From an uncultured Acidimicrobiia bacterium (GTDB taxonomy: Bacteria > Acidobacteriota > Terriglobia > Versatilivoradales > Versatilivoraceae), in NCBI GenBank assembly GCA_963786955.1, contig CAWBAT010000005.1, positions 928,001 to 992,000 of the forward strand: 64,000 nucleotides of DNA. Direction: 5' to 3'. Position numbers and translations under genes: made by a program. The notes beneath the pieces were generated by a model. It was not told the origin of the DNA, ran no database searches, and saw only the letters and a program-made list of their open reading frames with translations. Below are positions 1 to 11,246 of the stretch, piece after piece (position 1 is the stretch's first letter; each line of letters starts with the position of its first letter).

Positions 1-626
1 AAGAGATGGTGTCCACGGGTGGGGACAATATCGAAGATGATATTCCAGCGCGCTCCTTCAAGGTAACTCGACCAGTTGTTATGACCGATCATCACTTTGC
101 CGTCCCGAGTATAACTGCCAGTCGCAACGAAGGCACTGCAACGGTCCGCAGTGGGCAGGATATGGTCAATGGAGCCAGCTCCACGATTCTTCTCCTCCCA
201 ATTCACAAAGTAAGGATTTAACTCCAGTGCGGCGTTCATCACCACCAGATCCCACAGGCCCAAAGAAATTCCCTGCTCTTTCATTCCGGCAATGATCCCC
301 TGTAGCTCTTCCTGATACTCTTTCTCGATCTTGGGCCAGAGTTCGACTTTGGCAACCTCTTGAAAAAATCCCCAAGACTTCATGGTGTCATGAGTTAGCT
401 CCAGAGCGATGACTTTCTGCATTTCAGAAATCTCATTGGCCAGGAGGCTACCATGTTGGAAACCAATCTCTTCAGGCTTCCCTTCAAGATGCACGTAAAT
501 CCAGCCATTCTTCACGGGTTCGCGAAATGCCTTTTTGAGACGGGGTTCTTGGGGCAGTTCGTTGGAACGACAGTTGAAGCTGGAAGCAGTCAACAAGAGA
601 ACCAAAACCAATCGATAGCGCGACAT
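1..626 (-). CDS. C45-family peptidase / Ntn-hydrolase (phospholipase B-like), probable secreted lipoprotein; 3' end outside the window
   Basis: Not in the ORF track; translated by hand from ATG 626 and open to the window edge: MSRYRLVLVLLLTASSFNCRS...YVHLEGKPEEIGFQHG...ADRCSAFVATGSYTRDGKVMIGHNNW. CSAF is the typical autocleavage nucleophile context. Confidence 0.75.
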   Translation of the reverse strand, partial: MSRYRLVLVLLLTASSFNCRSNELPQEPRLKKAFREPVKNGWIYVHLEGKPEEIGFQHGSLLANEISEMQKVIALELTHDTMKSWGFFQEVAKVELWPKIEKEYQEELQGIIAGMKEQGISLGLWDLVVMNAALELNPYFVNWEEKNRGAGSIDHILPTADRCSAFVATGSYTRDGKVMIGHNNWSSYLEGARWNIIFDIVPTRGHHL

Positions 627-794
627 GACGATCCTCCACAAGTTCCTTACCATCTCGGCGGAGAGAGCAGGGTAATCCGTTCTATCCATTGCTGTAGGTT
701 CACATAAATTTCGATTGAAATCTTATTCTATGTTATTTTTGGTTTCGTGAGCAGCCAATCCCCATCGGAGTCTACATAGCGGAAGTGTATCCTG

Positions 795-1931
795 ATGCCG
801 GCAATCGTTCAATATTTTGAAGCCCTGCAGCCAACCATGATTTCCTGGCTGGAGGAGTTAATCAATGTGGACAGCCCATCGGATCACAAGTCCGACCTTG
901 ACCGGCTGGCAGCGAGCTTCGCTTCTCGCTTTCGCCGGAATGGCGCCCAGGTTCAGATCGTCGAGCAAACTGGGAGTGGCAATCATGTTTTGGCTCGTTT
1001 TCTTCCCGCTGATTCTCAGAAAAAGCCTATTCTTTTGCTCGGGCATCTGGATACGGTCTGGGGACCCGGCGAAAGCCAACGCCGGCCAGCTCGTATTGAA
1101 GGCGGGAAAATATTTGGGCCCGGGGCTCTTGACATGCGAGGAGGCCTGACTTTGCTTCTTGCCTTATCCCATTATCTTTCCGAGCACTTCAGCCTTATCA
1201 ATCGCCCGGTGACTCTGCTCCTCAATTCTGATGAGGAAACCGGCAGTCGCACTTCCCGTTCTCTCATTGAATCCGAAGCACGTAAAAGCGACAGCGTTCT
1301 GGTCTTGGAACCCTGCCTGCCCGGAGGCGCAGTGAAGACTTTTCGCAAAGGTGTAGGGACGTTCACCGTTGTCGTCACCGGAGTGTCCGCACATGCAGGT
1401 GTGAATTATGTTAAAGGTGTGAGCGCGATTGAGGAGATGGCCCATCACGTTCTTCAAATCAGCAAACTCGGTAATCCAGAACTAGGAACCACTCTGAATG
1501 TCGGAGTCATTCGAGGAGGATCCCATTCCAATGTCATTGCGGATCACGCTGAAATTGAAGTTGACTTCAGGGTGAAGACTCAAGCGGAAAGCGAACGGCT
1601 CATGCAGGAAATACGCCGCATGAAAACCATCCATCCAGAAGCGACTCTTCACATCTCGGGTGGGCTCAACCGACCCCCGCTGGAGCGCTCCGAGAAGAAT
1701 ACAGAGTTGTTTCAAAGAGCACGTCATATTGCGTCCGAGTTGGGGATCACCCTGGAGGAAGGAGAAACCGGCGGAGGAAGTGACGGTTGCTTTACGGCTG
1801 CCCTCGGCATTCCCACCCTGGACGGCTTGGGTCCCGATGGCGACGGTCCCCATGCCCTGCACGAACATGTTTTGATTTCAAGCCTTGCCCCGCGGGCCGC
1901 CCTCCTGACAGAACTGGTCATAAAGCTCTGA
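795..1931 (+). CDS. M20-family metallopeptidase (carboxypeptidase G2-like / N-acyl-amino acid hydrolase)
   Basis: Motifs [38 protein letters not shown] and HALHE. Confidence 0.9.
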   Translation: MPAIVQYFEALQPTMISWLEELINVDSPSDHKSDLDRLAASFASRFRRNGAQVQIVEQTGSGNHVLARFLPADSQKKPILLLGHLDTVWGPGESQRRPARIEGGKIFGPGALDMRGGLTLLLALSHYLSEHFSLINRPVTLLLNSDEETGSRTSRSLIESEARKSDSVLVLEPCLPGGAVKTFRKGVGTFTVVVTGVSAHAGVNYVKGVSAIEEMAHHVLQISKLGNPELGTTLNVGVIRGGSHSNVIADHAEIEVDFRVKTQAESERLMQEIRRMKTIHPEATLHISGGLNRPPLERSEKNTELFQRARHIASELGITLEEGETGGGSDGCFTAALGIPTLDGLGPDGDGPHALHEHVLISSLAPRAALLTELVIKL

Positions 1932-1941
1932 TCTTGAGACC

Positions 1942-3054
1942 ATGCCGATGAAGATTGAACAGATCGAAATCCGGGAAATCCAGATGCCCCTCGTCTCACC
2001 CTTTGAGACCAGCTTCGGCAGGACCGACCGCCGGCGCATTATCCTAGTGAGCGTTTTTTCAGAAGGAATCATAGGTTATGGGGAATCCACTTCCCCGGAA
2101 GGGCCGTTCTATAATCATGAGTCCACGGAAACTGCCTGGCATCTTCTCAAAGATTTTATCGTGCCGCGAATTTTAGAAAAAGAGAGCGCCTCCGCGGAAG
2201 AAATTTCTTCGCTGTTGAAACCCATTCGTGGCCATGCCATGGCCAAGGCCGCCGTTGAAACGGCATTCTGGGACTTACAGGCAAAACGGGAAGGACGCCC
2301 CCTCTACCAGTTGCTCGGGGGCAGACGAAAGTTCATTAATTGCGGAGTCTCGATTGGAATCCAAGGTTCTGTAAAGGAACTACTCAAAAAAATCGAGAGG
2401 GAATTAGAAGCAGGATATCAACGGATTAAAATTAAGATAAAACCTGGATGGGATCTGGAGATCGTCCGGGAAGTCAGGAGCTATTTCCCAAACATTTTAC
2501 TCATGTGCGACGCAAATTCCGCTTACACTCTCGCAGACATTGATCTTTTCAGGAGGTTGGATGAATATCATTTGTTGATGATCGAACAACCCCTGGCGTG
2601 GAACGACATCCTGGACCACATTCAGCTACAGTCGGCCATTAAGACACCTATCTGCCTGGATGAGTCCATTCTGGACAGCGACGATGCTCGAAAGGCCATT
2701 GAATCGGGGGCTTGTCAAATTATTAATATAAAATTGGGCCGTGTCGGAGGTTACACTGAGGCCAAAAGGGTCCATGATGTCTGTCAAGCTCATTCCATCC
2801 CCGTTTGGTGCGGAGGGATGCTTGAGGCTGGCATAGGGAGGGCTCATAATATCGCCTTATCGACTCTGGAGAATTTTTGTCTCCCCGGAGACGTTTCTGC
2901 CAGCAAACGCTACTTCGTCCAGGATATTATTGACCCACCTGTGGAAGTTGATTCCCGCGGACGAATTATTGTTCCTGACGCCCCTGGCACTGGCTTCCAA
3001 CCAAACCGACAGCGCATCGCGGCAGTCACGGTTCGAGCGGAGGTACTGCGCTAA
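1942..3054 (+). CDS. menC: o-succinylbenzoate synthase / N-succinylamino acid racemase (enolase superfamily)
   Basis: [46 protein letters not shown] and PGDVSAS match the NSAR/OSBS subfamily. Confidence 0.88.
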   Translation: MPMKIEQIEIREIQMPLVSPFETSFGRTDRRRIILVSVFSEGIIGYGESTSPEGPFYNHESTETAWHLLKDFIVPRILEKESASAEEISSLLKPIRGHAMAKAAVETAFWDLQAKREGRPLYQLLGGRRKFINCGVSIGIQGSVKELLKKIERELEAGYQRIKIKIKPGWDLEIVREVRSYFPNILLMCDANSAYTLADIDLFRRLDEYHLLMIEQPLAWNDILDHIQLQSAIKTPICLDESILDSDDARKAIESGACQIINIKLGRVGGYTEAKRVHDVCQAHSIPVWCGGMLEAGIGRAHNIALSTLENFCLPGDVSASKRYFVQDIIDPPVEVDSRGRIIVPDAPGTGFQPNRQRIAAVTVRAEVLR

Positions 3055-3056
3055 TC

Positions 3057-3968
3057 ATGGAAAAGATCCTCATTACCGGGATCAGCGGCTTCTTAGGTTG
3101 GAATCTGGCGCTGAGACTGCGTTCATCCTTTCACGTGTATGGCGCCTACCTTGATCATCAGATTCAGATCCCATCGGTCGAAACATTCGCTTTTGACTTG
3201 GCGAATCACACTCAAATCGAAAGGCTTTGTGATGCCATTGAACCCAAGATCATTATTCACACGGCCGCGCTTTCTGATCCGGATTATTGCGAACTCAATC
3301 ACAACGCCGCGCTGGCCATCAATACCTTTGCGACTCGAGAACTCGCAAAAGCTGCCAACCATCATGGCAGCAGACTCATCTATACTTCAACCGATCTGGT
3401 TTTTGACGGGAGCAAAGGGAATTATACGGAAGCAGATTCTCCTGCTCCCCAAAGCTACTATGGAAAAACCAAATATCTGGGTGAACTGGAAATCTCGAAC
3501 ATTTGCAGCAATTACGTCATCTTGCGACTCTCACTTTTGTACGGACGGGGAAACGGCCTCAGGCTGTGTTCCTTTGAAAAGCTCGAGCAACAGGCACTTC
3601 GAGGCGATCGGGCCAATCTGTTCGTGGACCAGTTTCGTTCACCACTCTATATTGGAGACGCTCTGGAAGCGATCACCCGACTGACTCATTCAAGAGATCA
3701 AAAAGGATTGTTTCATCTGGGGGGACCGCAAAGAATGAGCCGATTTGAATTTGGGGAAAGCTTCTGTAAAGTCTATGGCTTCCCTCAGACCCTCTTAGTC
3801 CCTATTGAAATGAGCAAAGCCAAACTGCAGGCACCTCGCCCCCCGGACTGTTCCCTCCTGGGCACCAAACTTCAAAAAGCGATCGATCTTCAGTTAACCC
3901 TCATTGGAGAAGCGCTGGAAATTCTTCGTCCAAAAGGAAGTCCTTTAGAAAATTCCCCAAAAACTTGA
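3057..3968 (+). CDS. RmlD-like NAD(P)-dependent oxidoreductase (extended SDR)
   Basis: ITGISGFLG Rossmann motif, STDLVFDG, YGKTK catalytic motif, RPPDCSL. Confidence 0.85.
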   Translation: MEKILITGISGFLGWNLALRLRSSFHVYGAYLDHQIQIPSVETFAFDLANHTQIERLCDAIEPKIIIHTAALSDPDYCELNHNAALAINTFATRELAKAANHHGSRLIYTSTDLVFDGSKGNYTEADSPAPQSYYGKTKYLGELEISNICSNYVILRLSLLYGRGNGLRLCSFEKLEQQALRGDRANLFVDQFRSPLYIGDALEAITRLTHSRDQKGLFHLGGPQRMSRFEFGESFCKVYGFPQTLLVPIEMSKAKLQAPRPPDCSLLGTKLQKAIDLQLTLIGEALEILRPKGSPLENSPKT

Positions 3969-4086
3969 GGGCATTTCAACGCCAATCTATCTCTCGTTCA
4001 TTGCGAACACTTAATGAATGCCTTCTGATCGGGTGGAGGAAGAATCCGCCTTCCTTCAATGTTGAATGGTGCCCAATCATCCCCGG

Positions 4087-4923
4087 TCACTCTATCGCAC
4101 GAACAAATTTCACACACTTATCAACATCTTCCTGAGGATCCTCTCCCTCTTCGTACTCAATGGCCACCAAACCATCGAAACGCTCCTGAACTAACATTTT
4201 AACCATCTCAGCAGGTTTTCCCTTCCCTGTTCCAAAAAGGACATTTTTGTCCGTTCCGGGCCCCACAACATCCTTGAGATGGATTAGCTGCACTCGAGGC
4301 TTCAGTTGTTGGAAGGCGTCAACAGGGTCATATCCACAAGAAACCATATGGCCGGTGTCAAGAGTGGCTCCGATGTGATTCGACGTGATCGAGAAAACCT
4401 TCAAGAAATCCTCCGGGCTCTGATACTCAAATTCCCCATCCTTAAAGAAGTGGTTGTGGATCCCAAAATAAAGGCCGTTCTTTTGGAATGCCTTATCGAG
4501 AGCAAGCAACGATTCACCGGTCGTATCCCCTGAAACGTGCTGAATGCCAAGAATCTTTGCGATTTCAAGGACTTTCTGGATGTCGTCGTTGCTTTTGACT
4601 GCGGAACAATACCAGGAACGGACCTGAATATTTCCTTTCTTGAAGAGTTCAGACAATGGGCCAAAATCTTCTACTCGCGCTCTGGGCAGCATCGTTTGCG
4701 GATGCGAGAGCTCAATCGTATCAATCTGGAGCAGGTGTAATCGTTCAATCATCAAGTCTGGGGAAAGCTTTCTAAATGTATAGCTGCCAATACCTAGCGT
4801 GAACTTCGCTTTCGGTGATGGTTGGACAATGGCCTGGATTCTCTTGGGAATACATGTCAGACCGGCACCCATAGCCAGTGCAGAAACCTTTAAAGCGAAT
4901 TCTCTGCGGTTTAGTTGTGTCAC
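4087..4923 (-). CDS. Sugar phosphate isomerase/epimerase (xylose isomerase-like TIM barrel) with Tat signal
   Basis: NRREF twin-arginine leader; HNH, LDTGH, IHLKD and IEYE metal-binding motifs. Confidence 0.8.
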   Translation of the reverse strand: MTQLNRREFALKVSALAMGAGLTCIPKRIQAIVQPSPKAKFTLGIGSYTFRKLSPDLMIERLHLLQIDTIELSHPQTMLPRARVEDFGPLSELFKKGNIQVRSWYCSAVKSNDDIQKVLEIAKILGIQHVSGDTTGESLLALDKAFQKNGLYFGIHNHFFKDGEFEYQSPEDFLKVFSITSNHIGATLDTGHMVSCGYDPVDAFQQLKPRVQLIHLKDVVGPGTDKNVLFGTGKGKPAEMVKMLVQERFDGLVAIEYEEGEDPQEDVDKCVKFVRAIE

Positions 4924-6060
4924 TCAGCCCTCCCTTAAGGGGAATTGTTGATGAAGTTTCAAACTAACGTCAGCATTCAAGGTCAAATCGGCGCAGATGC
5001 CAGCAGCAAGTTTCGGATAACCCGCTGCCGCAATCATGGCCGCATTGTCTGTCGACAAGATCGAAGAGGGGAAATAGACCGGCAACCCAACCTCCGAAAA
5101 CCCACTCTGAAAACGCCTTCTCAGCAGCCGATTACAGGCAACTCCCCCGGAAATCATGATGGACTGGGGGAGTCGGGACTCGGCCGCTTTGGCCGTATTC
5201 GCAAAAAGGGTTTCAACAACATTCCACTGGAAGCTGGCAATCAAATCATAGACGGATTGAGGGAGCTGATCGAGGAATGTTTCCTCTTTGTGAGCGGCCC
5301 TCAGGAAAGACATTTCCTGCTCAAAATTCGCCTGAATATATCTCAGTACAGCCGTCTTGATTCCAGAAAAACTGAAGTCCAGTTTCCCATTCGAAATTCT
5401 TGTAGTTGGAAATTTGACTCTCCAAGGATCCCCTCTCTCCGCGAGGCGATCGATGACCGGCCCTCCTGGATAACCGAGATATAGCAGTTTTGCGACTTTG
5501 TCGAACGCTTCTCCAGCGGCGTCATCGCGGGTTCTCCCGACCAGTTCGATCTGGCTCAGCGGTTCTGCAGGGCTGCCCAGATGCTTAACCCAGTAAAGAG
5601 AAGTGTGGCCTCCCGATACAATCAAACATAACGCCGGAAATAGTTCTGACCAGTCTGGAGTAGACTGGCCTACCCACTCCGGTCGATGAGCCCATTCCAG
5701 AGGGACCGAGTAGAGATGACCCTCAAGATGATTCACCGGAGTGACCGGAACACCCAAAGCATAGGAGAGGGCTTTGGCATAGTTAACTCCAACGAGCAAG
5801 GAGCCGATAAGTCCTGGGCCTTGAGTCACCGCAATCCCATCGAGATCGGTGAAGGCGATGTCGGCTTCCTCGATTGCCTGCCGAACAATCAGGACGATAC
5901 TCTCCAGATGATGCCGGGAAGCCAACTCGGGTACAACGCCCCCGAATTTTCGATGGATCGCAATTTGAGACGCGACGACATTTGAGAGAATGGATCGCCC
6001 TTTTCGCAGGACCGCGGCCGCGGTCTCGTCACAGGAGGTTTCGATTCCGAGAGTCAACAT
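4924..6060 (-). CDS. tsaD: tRNA N6-adenosine threonylcarbamoyltransferase
   Basis: LGIETSCDET, GGVVPELASRHH, NHLEGH, VSGGHT, DDAAGEAFDK, FSFSGIKT, TDNAAMIA. Confidence 0.97.
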   Translation of the reverse strand: MLTLGIETSCDETAAAVLRKGRSILSNVVASQIAIHRKFGGVVPELASRHHLESIVLIVRQAIEEADIAFTDLDGIAVTQGPGLIGSLLVGVNYAKALSYALGVPVTPVNHLEGHLYSVPLEWAHRPEWVGQSTPDWSELFPALCLIVSGGHTSLYWVKHLGSPAEPLSQIELVGRTRDDAAGEAFDKVAKLLYLGYPGGPVIDRLAERGDPWRVKFPTTRISNGKLDFSFSGIKTAVLRYIQANFEQEMSFLRAAHKEETFLDQLPQSVYDLIASFQWNVVETLFANTAKAAESRLPQSIMISGGVACNRLLRRRFQSGFSEVGLPVYFPSSILSTDNAAMIAAAGYPKLAAGICADLTLNADVSLKLHQQFPLREG

Positions 6061-6078
6061 GGTGGGAGCGCTTGCTGT

Positions 6079-6107
6079 TTGACGCAGGCAGATGAATCTG
6101 CTATAGT
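6079..6107 (+). promoter_or_regulatory. sigma70-type promoter of rpmB
   Basis: TTGACG-N17-TATAGT with extended TG; AGGAGG RBS just before ATG 6141. Confidence 0.7.
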
Positions 6108-6140
6108 TTATTGTTTTATAATATGGATTAGGAGGCTCAC

Positions 6141-6332
6141 ATGGCAGCTCGATGTGAGATTTGTGGCAAGGCCCCTACATTCGGCAATAATGTCAGCCAT
6201 GCGAATAATATCACCAAGCGGCGCTGGAATCCGAACCTTCAGCGCGTCCGGTTGATCATCGATGGAGCCCATAAGCGGGCCAGAGTTTGCACCTCGTGCA
6301 TTCGAAGTGGCAGAGTCATAAAATCTCATTAA
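6141..6332 (+). CDS. rpmB: 50S ribosomal protein L28 (Zn-ribbon form)
   Basis: CEICGK...GNNVSHANNITKRRWNPNLQ...VCTSCIRSG. Confidence 0.97.
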   Translation: MAARCEICGKAPTFGNNVSHANNITKRRWNPNLQRVRLIIDGAHKRARVCTSCIRSGRVIKSH

Positions 6333-6457
6333 CAACGTGCACTCTCTCGAAAGCCTTTCTTCGTTCGCAAGGGTGTGAGAGGGTGCTCGTTCCTCTTGTT
6401 TGATCCCTTTCGTGCTTGTGTTCTGCAACAAAGTGGTTCTCAGGACCCCATCACTCC

Positions 6458-6847
6458 TCAACCCTCCACCACCGCAATCGCATCAATTTCAACTTTTACT
6501 TGACGAGGAAGTTTCGATACCTCCACCGTCGAGCGGGCGGGGGGAGCTTTCTGAAAAAATTGCTGATAAACTTCATTCATCTTGGGAAAATCATCCAGGT
6601 TTGTTAAATAGACGGTCGTTTTCAGTACGCTTTCCAAGGACGATCCCCCCGCTTTAAGGACTTCTTCCAGATTCTCTAAAACCTTTCGAGTCTGCAACTC
6701 AATTCCTCCTTGAACCACTTCTCCGCTCGACGGGTCCAGTGGAATTTGGCCAGAAAGGAATAGCAGTTCCCCACACTTGATGCTGACCCCTTGCGAATAG
6801 GGACCAATAGCCCGAGGCGCTTTGTCTGTTGCCACCAATGACTTCAT
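6458..6847 (-). CDS. ridA: RidA/YjgF reactive imine deaminase
   Basis: APRAIGPYSQG, FLSGQIPLDP, PARSTVEV, VEIDAIA. Confidence 0.92.
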   Translation of the reverse strand: MKSLVATDKAPRAIGPYSQGVSIKCGELLFLSGQIPLDPSSGEVVQGGIELQTRKVLENLEEVLKAGGSSLESVLKTTVYLTNLDDFPKMNEVYQQFFQKAPPARSTVEVSKLPRQVKVEIDAIAVVEG

Positions 6848-6969
6848 GTCAATCCGTCTCCTTTATTGCCATCTACCCTATCTACAAATCCCGTCTGGCA
6901 GTGGAAAGCAGGTGTTTTTCCGTTCTTAGCTGGAGAGCTAAATTGCTGCGAGAAATCCATGCCCACCGC

Positions 6970-9121
6970 TTATTGCCACGTAATTTCGGTAATGCCTTTA
7001 ATCTTCTTGATTGAGCCAATTGTTTTTTCCAGGTGCTTCAAATCAGCCACTTCGATCGTCACGTGGACGAGTCCGCGTTGATCCTCAGACTGTGCTTCGA
7101 TATTCTTGATATTGGCATGAAGGTCGGAAATGACCGAGGTGATCTCCGCCAGCATTCCTTGACGATCATCTACCAGGATAGACAGCTTGACAGCATAAGA
7201 ACTTTCGGAGGAGGAAGTCCACTCCACATCAATCTTCCGATCCGCTTCATAAAGCAAGTTCCCTACATTGGCGCAACGTTTGGCATGGACCGCAACTCCC
7301 TTGCCGCGTGTGATGTATCCGACGATCTCTTCACCTCGGATGGGGTTGCAGCATTTTGCTCGATAAACCAGCAAATCGTCGATCCCTTTCACCTGGATCG
7401 TAGCACCCGAAGAAAAGCGCAGCACCTTTTTGACCGTCGAAGCAAACTTAGAGACCTTCTCTTCCTTCGCCGCCTCCATTTCATCCGGAGTCAAGAATTT
7501 GCTCAAAAGCGCCCGAACAGAAAGTTTCCCGAAACCAAGTGCTGAATAAAGGTCTTCCAACTTGGTACAACCGTAATCTGGCGCTGCTTTTAAGAGCGTG
7601 CCATCGTCAATAAGCTTCTTGAGATTCAACTTATACTTCTTGGCTTCTTTTTCGAAGATTTTCTTCCCAATTTCAATGGAGCGGGCCTTCTGAGTAACAT
7701 TGATGAAATGGCGAATCTTGTTGCGGGCTTTTGAAGTCTTGACAACAGAAAGCCAATCCCGGCTTGGGGTATGACCCTGCTGAGTCTGAATCTCGACGAT
7801 ATCGCCATTCTTCAGTTTGGACCGCAAGGGTACAATACGCCCATTCACCTTTGCGCCAGTGCAAGAATTTCCCACTTCCGTGTGGATGGCATAAGCAAAA
7901 TCGACAGGGGTTGCATCCCTGGGTAGAATAATGACCTTCCCTTTTGGGGTAAATGTATAGACCTCTTCTGGATACAAATCGATCTTGAGCGTACTCAGAA
8001 AGTCGCTCGGGTCTTGCATCTCTTGTTGCCACTCCACAAGATGGCGAAGCCACAAGAAGCGTTGGTCATCTTTTTGATTTAAACCTTTGCCGCTCTTATA
8101 CTTCCAATGTGCAGCAATTCCCTCTTCCGCCACACGGTGCATGTCTTGTGTGCGGATCTGCACTTCAAAATGCTGTCCACGTGATTCGATCACGGAAGTA
8201 TGCAGTGACTGGTACATGTTAGGGCGGGGGATGGCAATGAAATCCTTGATTCTGCCGGGAACCGGTCGCCAAATGTTATGGATGATTCCTAAGGCTGCAT
8301 AGCAGTCCTTGACCGTGTCTGTAATGATTCGGACGGCGAGCAGATCGTAAACCTGTTCGATGGGAATTTTTTGACGTTTGATCTTCTCATAGATGCTGTA
8401 AATTCTCTTCATGCGCGAATCCACGGTCCCCGGGATATCGTGTTCGCGAAGTTTTTGAACAATGACTTCTTTGACTTCATCCAGGAACTCTTGGCGAACT
8501 TTATATCGGCTCTCGATGGTTTCTTTGATTTCCCGGTAGAGTTTCAGGCTCCAGGTAACTAAAGGCCAGATCTTCCAACTCACCGCGAATTTTCCCCATT
8601 CCGAGGCGGTGAGCGATTGGCGCATAAATTTCAAGAGTCTCCTGGGCAATCCGATGCTGCTTCTCCGGCGGCAGAAACTGCAAGGTCCGCATATTATGCA
8701 GGCGATCCGCCAATTTCACTAGAACGACACGAATATCGTCCACCATCGCCAGAAACATTTTGCGGAAATTTTCGGCTTGTTCTTCCTCTTTGGAATAAAA
8801 GTGAAATTGATTGATCTTGGTGAGCCCATTCACGATTTGGGAAACGTCTTTCCCAAACTGGGCCTCGATCGTCTCGATGGGGGTCTGCGTATCTTCTACC
8901 ACGTCGTGAAGCAGCCCCACACAAATGCAGACCGCATCCAGTCGCATCTCTGCCAGGATCCGGGCCACGGCCAAGGGATGAATGAGATACGGCTCCCCCG
9001 ACTTCCGAACTTGCCCCTCATGCCCCTGCTGAGCAAAAGCGAATGCTTTCCGGATGATATCAAAGTCATCATTCGGATGATTCTTCTCAGCGACTGCCAG
9101 AATGCTTTCCAGATCTGCCAT
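6970..9121 (-). CDS. relA: Bifunctional (p)ppGpp synthetase/hydrolase RelA/SpoT (one frameshift near 8530-8550)
   Basis: HD domain (RKSGEPY, HDVVED, ADRLHNMRTL) in ORF 8501..9121; synthetase (RIKD, YQSLHT, EVQIRT), TGS, Zn-finger (KCCNP) and ACT domains in ORF 6970..8649. Confidence 0.93.
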
Positions 9122-9169
9122 AAATCAATACTAATGGAAATCTCAATGGGAACGCAACCGACGACCAAT

Positions 9170-9205
9170 AAAAAAGCCCCTTGAGGAGGGGTCCTCAAGA
9201 GGCTT
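9170..9205 (-). terminator. Intrinsic terminator after the TPR lipoprotein gene
   Basis: Minus strand AAGCCTCTTGAGGA-CCCC-TCCTCAAGGGGCTT (one G.U pair) running into a U tract. Confidence 0.8.
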
Positions 9206-9233
9206 CACTATAGAACCAGTTGGGGAAATTCAA

Positions 9234-10075
9234 CTATTTGTTCGGGTCGACAACGCCCTTGGTTTCGGCTTTGGCTTCTACTTGCTTGCGAACTTCCATG
9301 GCCTTATTGAAATTTTCGTCTGCTTCCTTCAGATAATTCTTGTAATCATTATATCGATCCCCGGCATATTTTTTACCAGTGGATCCACGGCCTTGGGATC
9401 CAACGACGCAACTGTGAACTGGTCCTCCAATTTCGGATTATTCAGCGTCAATTGATCAATAATGACTTGTGCTTTCTGCCTCAAGAGGAGGTTAATATAG
9501 AAATAGGCATTGTAATAGTTGGGATCAATCTCGACGGCCTTATTCAGACTTTGAATCCCTTCCTCAACGAGTTCCGCCTTCTTAGCGGGGGGCAAGGGAT
9601 GAGACTTGTCGTAGCAGAGAACCCAGTTCACGTTCCCAATGCTGTAAAATGGCTCAGGATTATTGGGCTCGAGCTCTGCGGTTTTCTTATAATACGTTTT
9701 CGCATTCTCAAAATCCCGCATGTTAAAGTAAATACCCGCGATTCCTTTAACGGATCCAATGTTGGCAGGATCCTTCTGGAGCACGGATTCGAAGGCTTTA
9801 ATCGCTTCTTCTCCGATCTTCTTGTTTTCTTCGGACTCACCACCGGGCTGGTACTGAGCTGCGTACGCGGTGGCAAGGTACAAATGCGCGCCAACAAGAT
9901 CCGGATCCAGATTCACAGCATTCTTGAAGTGCTCTACAGCCGTTTCGTATTTCGCGTCTTTGAACGATCGAACCCCTTTGTTCAGCTCATCTCTAGCCTT
10001 GAGCTTGGAACAACCGATCAAAGCGATGCATAGCAGGGAGAGAATGACTGCTATGGACTTTGTTCTAAACTTCAT
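9234..10075 (-). CDS. TPR-repeat lipoprotein (frameshift near 9360)
   Basis: GGAGG RBS, MKFRTKS...LIGC lipobox, multiple TPR motifs. The alternate frame continues YNDYKNYLKEADENFNKAMEVRK...DPNK to a stop at 9234. Confidence 0.8.
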
Positions 10076-10279
10076 TGAATTCCTCCACAGTCCTGAAATT
10101 TCAGAAATAATGACGTCTTGGTTGCGTTTCGATTTTTCTGAAAGAAGCTTTGGCAGAAATCGACGCGGCAAGCCAAAGAATCAAGTTGCTGTCCTCGATG
10201 GGGTCCTGTGCTCCCACTCCCTTCGCAGGTCCTGTCAGCTATTGGAGCGGTGCAAAATTACCAAGATCTATCGGAAGGC

Positions 10280-10312
10280 AAAAAGAGGAGGTTCTAGGCA
10301 GAACCTCCTCTT
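10280..10312 (-). terminator. Intrinsic terminator after the second exbD
   Basis: 13-bp perfect stem AAGAGGAGGTTCT/AGAACCTCCTCTT with a 4-nt loop and a U run on the minus strand. Confidence 0.75.
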
Positions 10313-10338
10313 GATCTTATTTGAGGCAAGCCTCTCTC

Positions 10339-10774
10339 TTACTGTCCAGACTGAATCTTCTCCGTGATCAGCCCGATTTTATCGACTCCGGACCCTTTTG
10401 CGATATCAATCACATCCACAACGCTATTAAAAAAAAGCTTGGGATCAGCCTGAACGAACATCGTCCTTTCATTCCGAGCCTTAAAAATATCGGTCAGACG
10501 GTCACCGAGTTTATCCTTGGTAACGTCTTCCTGATTGATCTTAAGGTTTTCCGAGCCATCGATGGAAACGACGATCGTGCGGCTTGGATCTTCCTGCTAC
10601 CGGTGGTTTACCGGGAGGTGGCGGCTGTGGAATGTTGGCATCCAACCCTCGAGGAATCAGCGGAGTGATCACCATAAAGATAATCAGGAGCACCAGCAGA
10701 ACGTCGATGAGCGGAGTAACATTAATATCCGCTCTCGCCCCCGAAGCTCCGCTTGATCCTGCACTCATTGCCAT
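10339..10774 (-). CDS. exbD: ExbD/TolR-family biopolymer transport protein, second copy (frameshift near 10590)
   Basis: ADINVTPLIDVLLVLLIIFMV with the essential Asp; the alternate frame ends ...GVDKIGLITEKIQSGQ at stop 10339. Confidence 0.85.
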
Positions 10775-10802
10775 AACAAAAATCCTCCGTAAACCAAATT
10801 GC

Positions 10803-11245
<443 letters not shown>

Positions 11246-11246
<1 letters not shown>

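Noticed and set aside
10180-10260. Minus-strand GCGAAGGGAGTGGGAGCAC with a repeated ACAGGACC, vaguely like a c-di-GMP-I riboswitch
   Set aside because: It lacks the GGCAAAC / GAAA tetraloop / GACGCAAAGC consensus and the P1 pairing.
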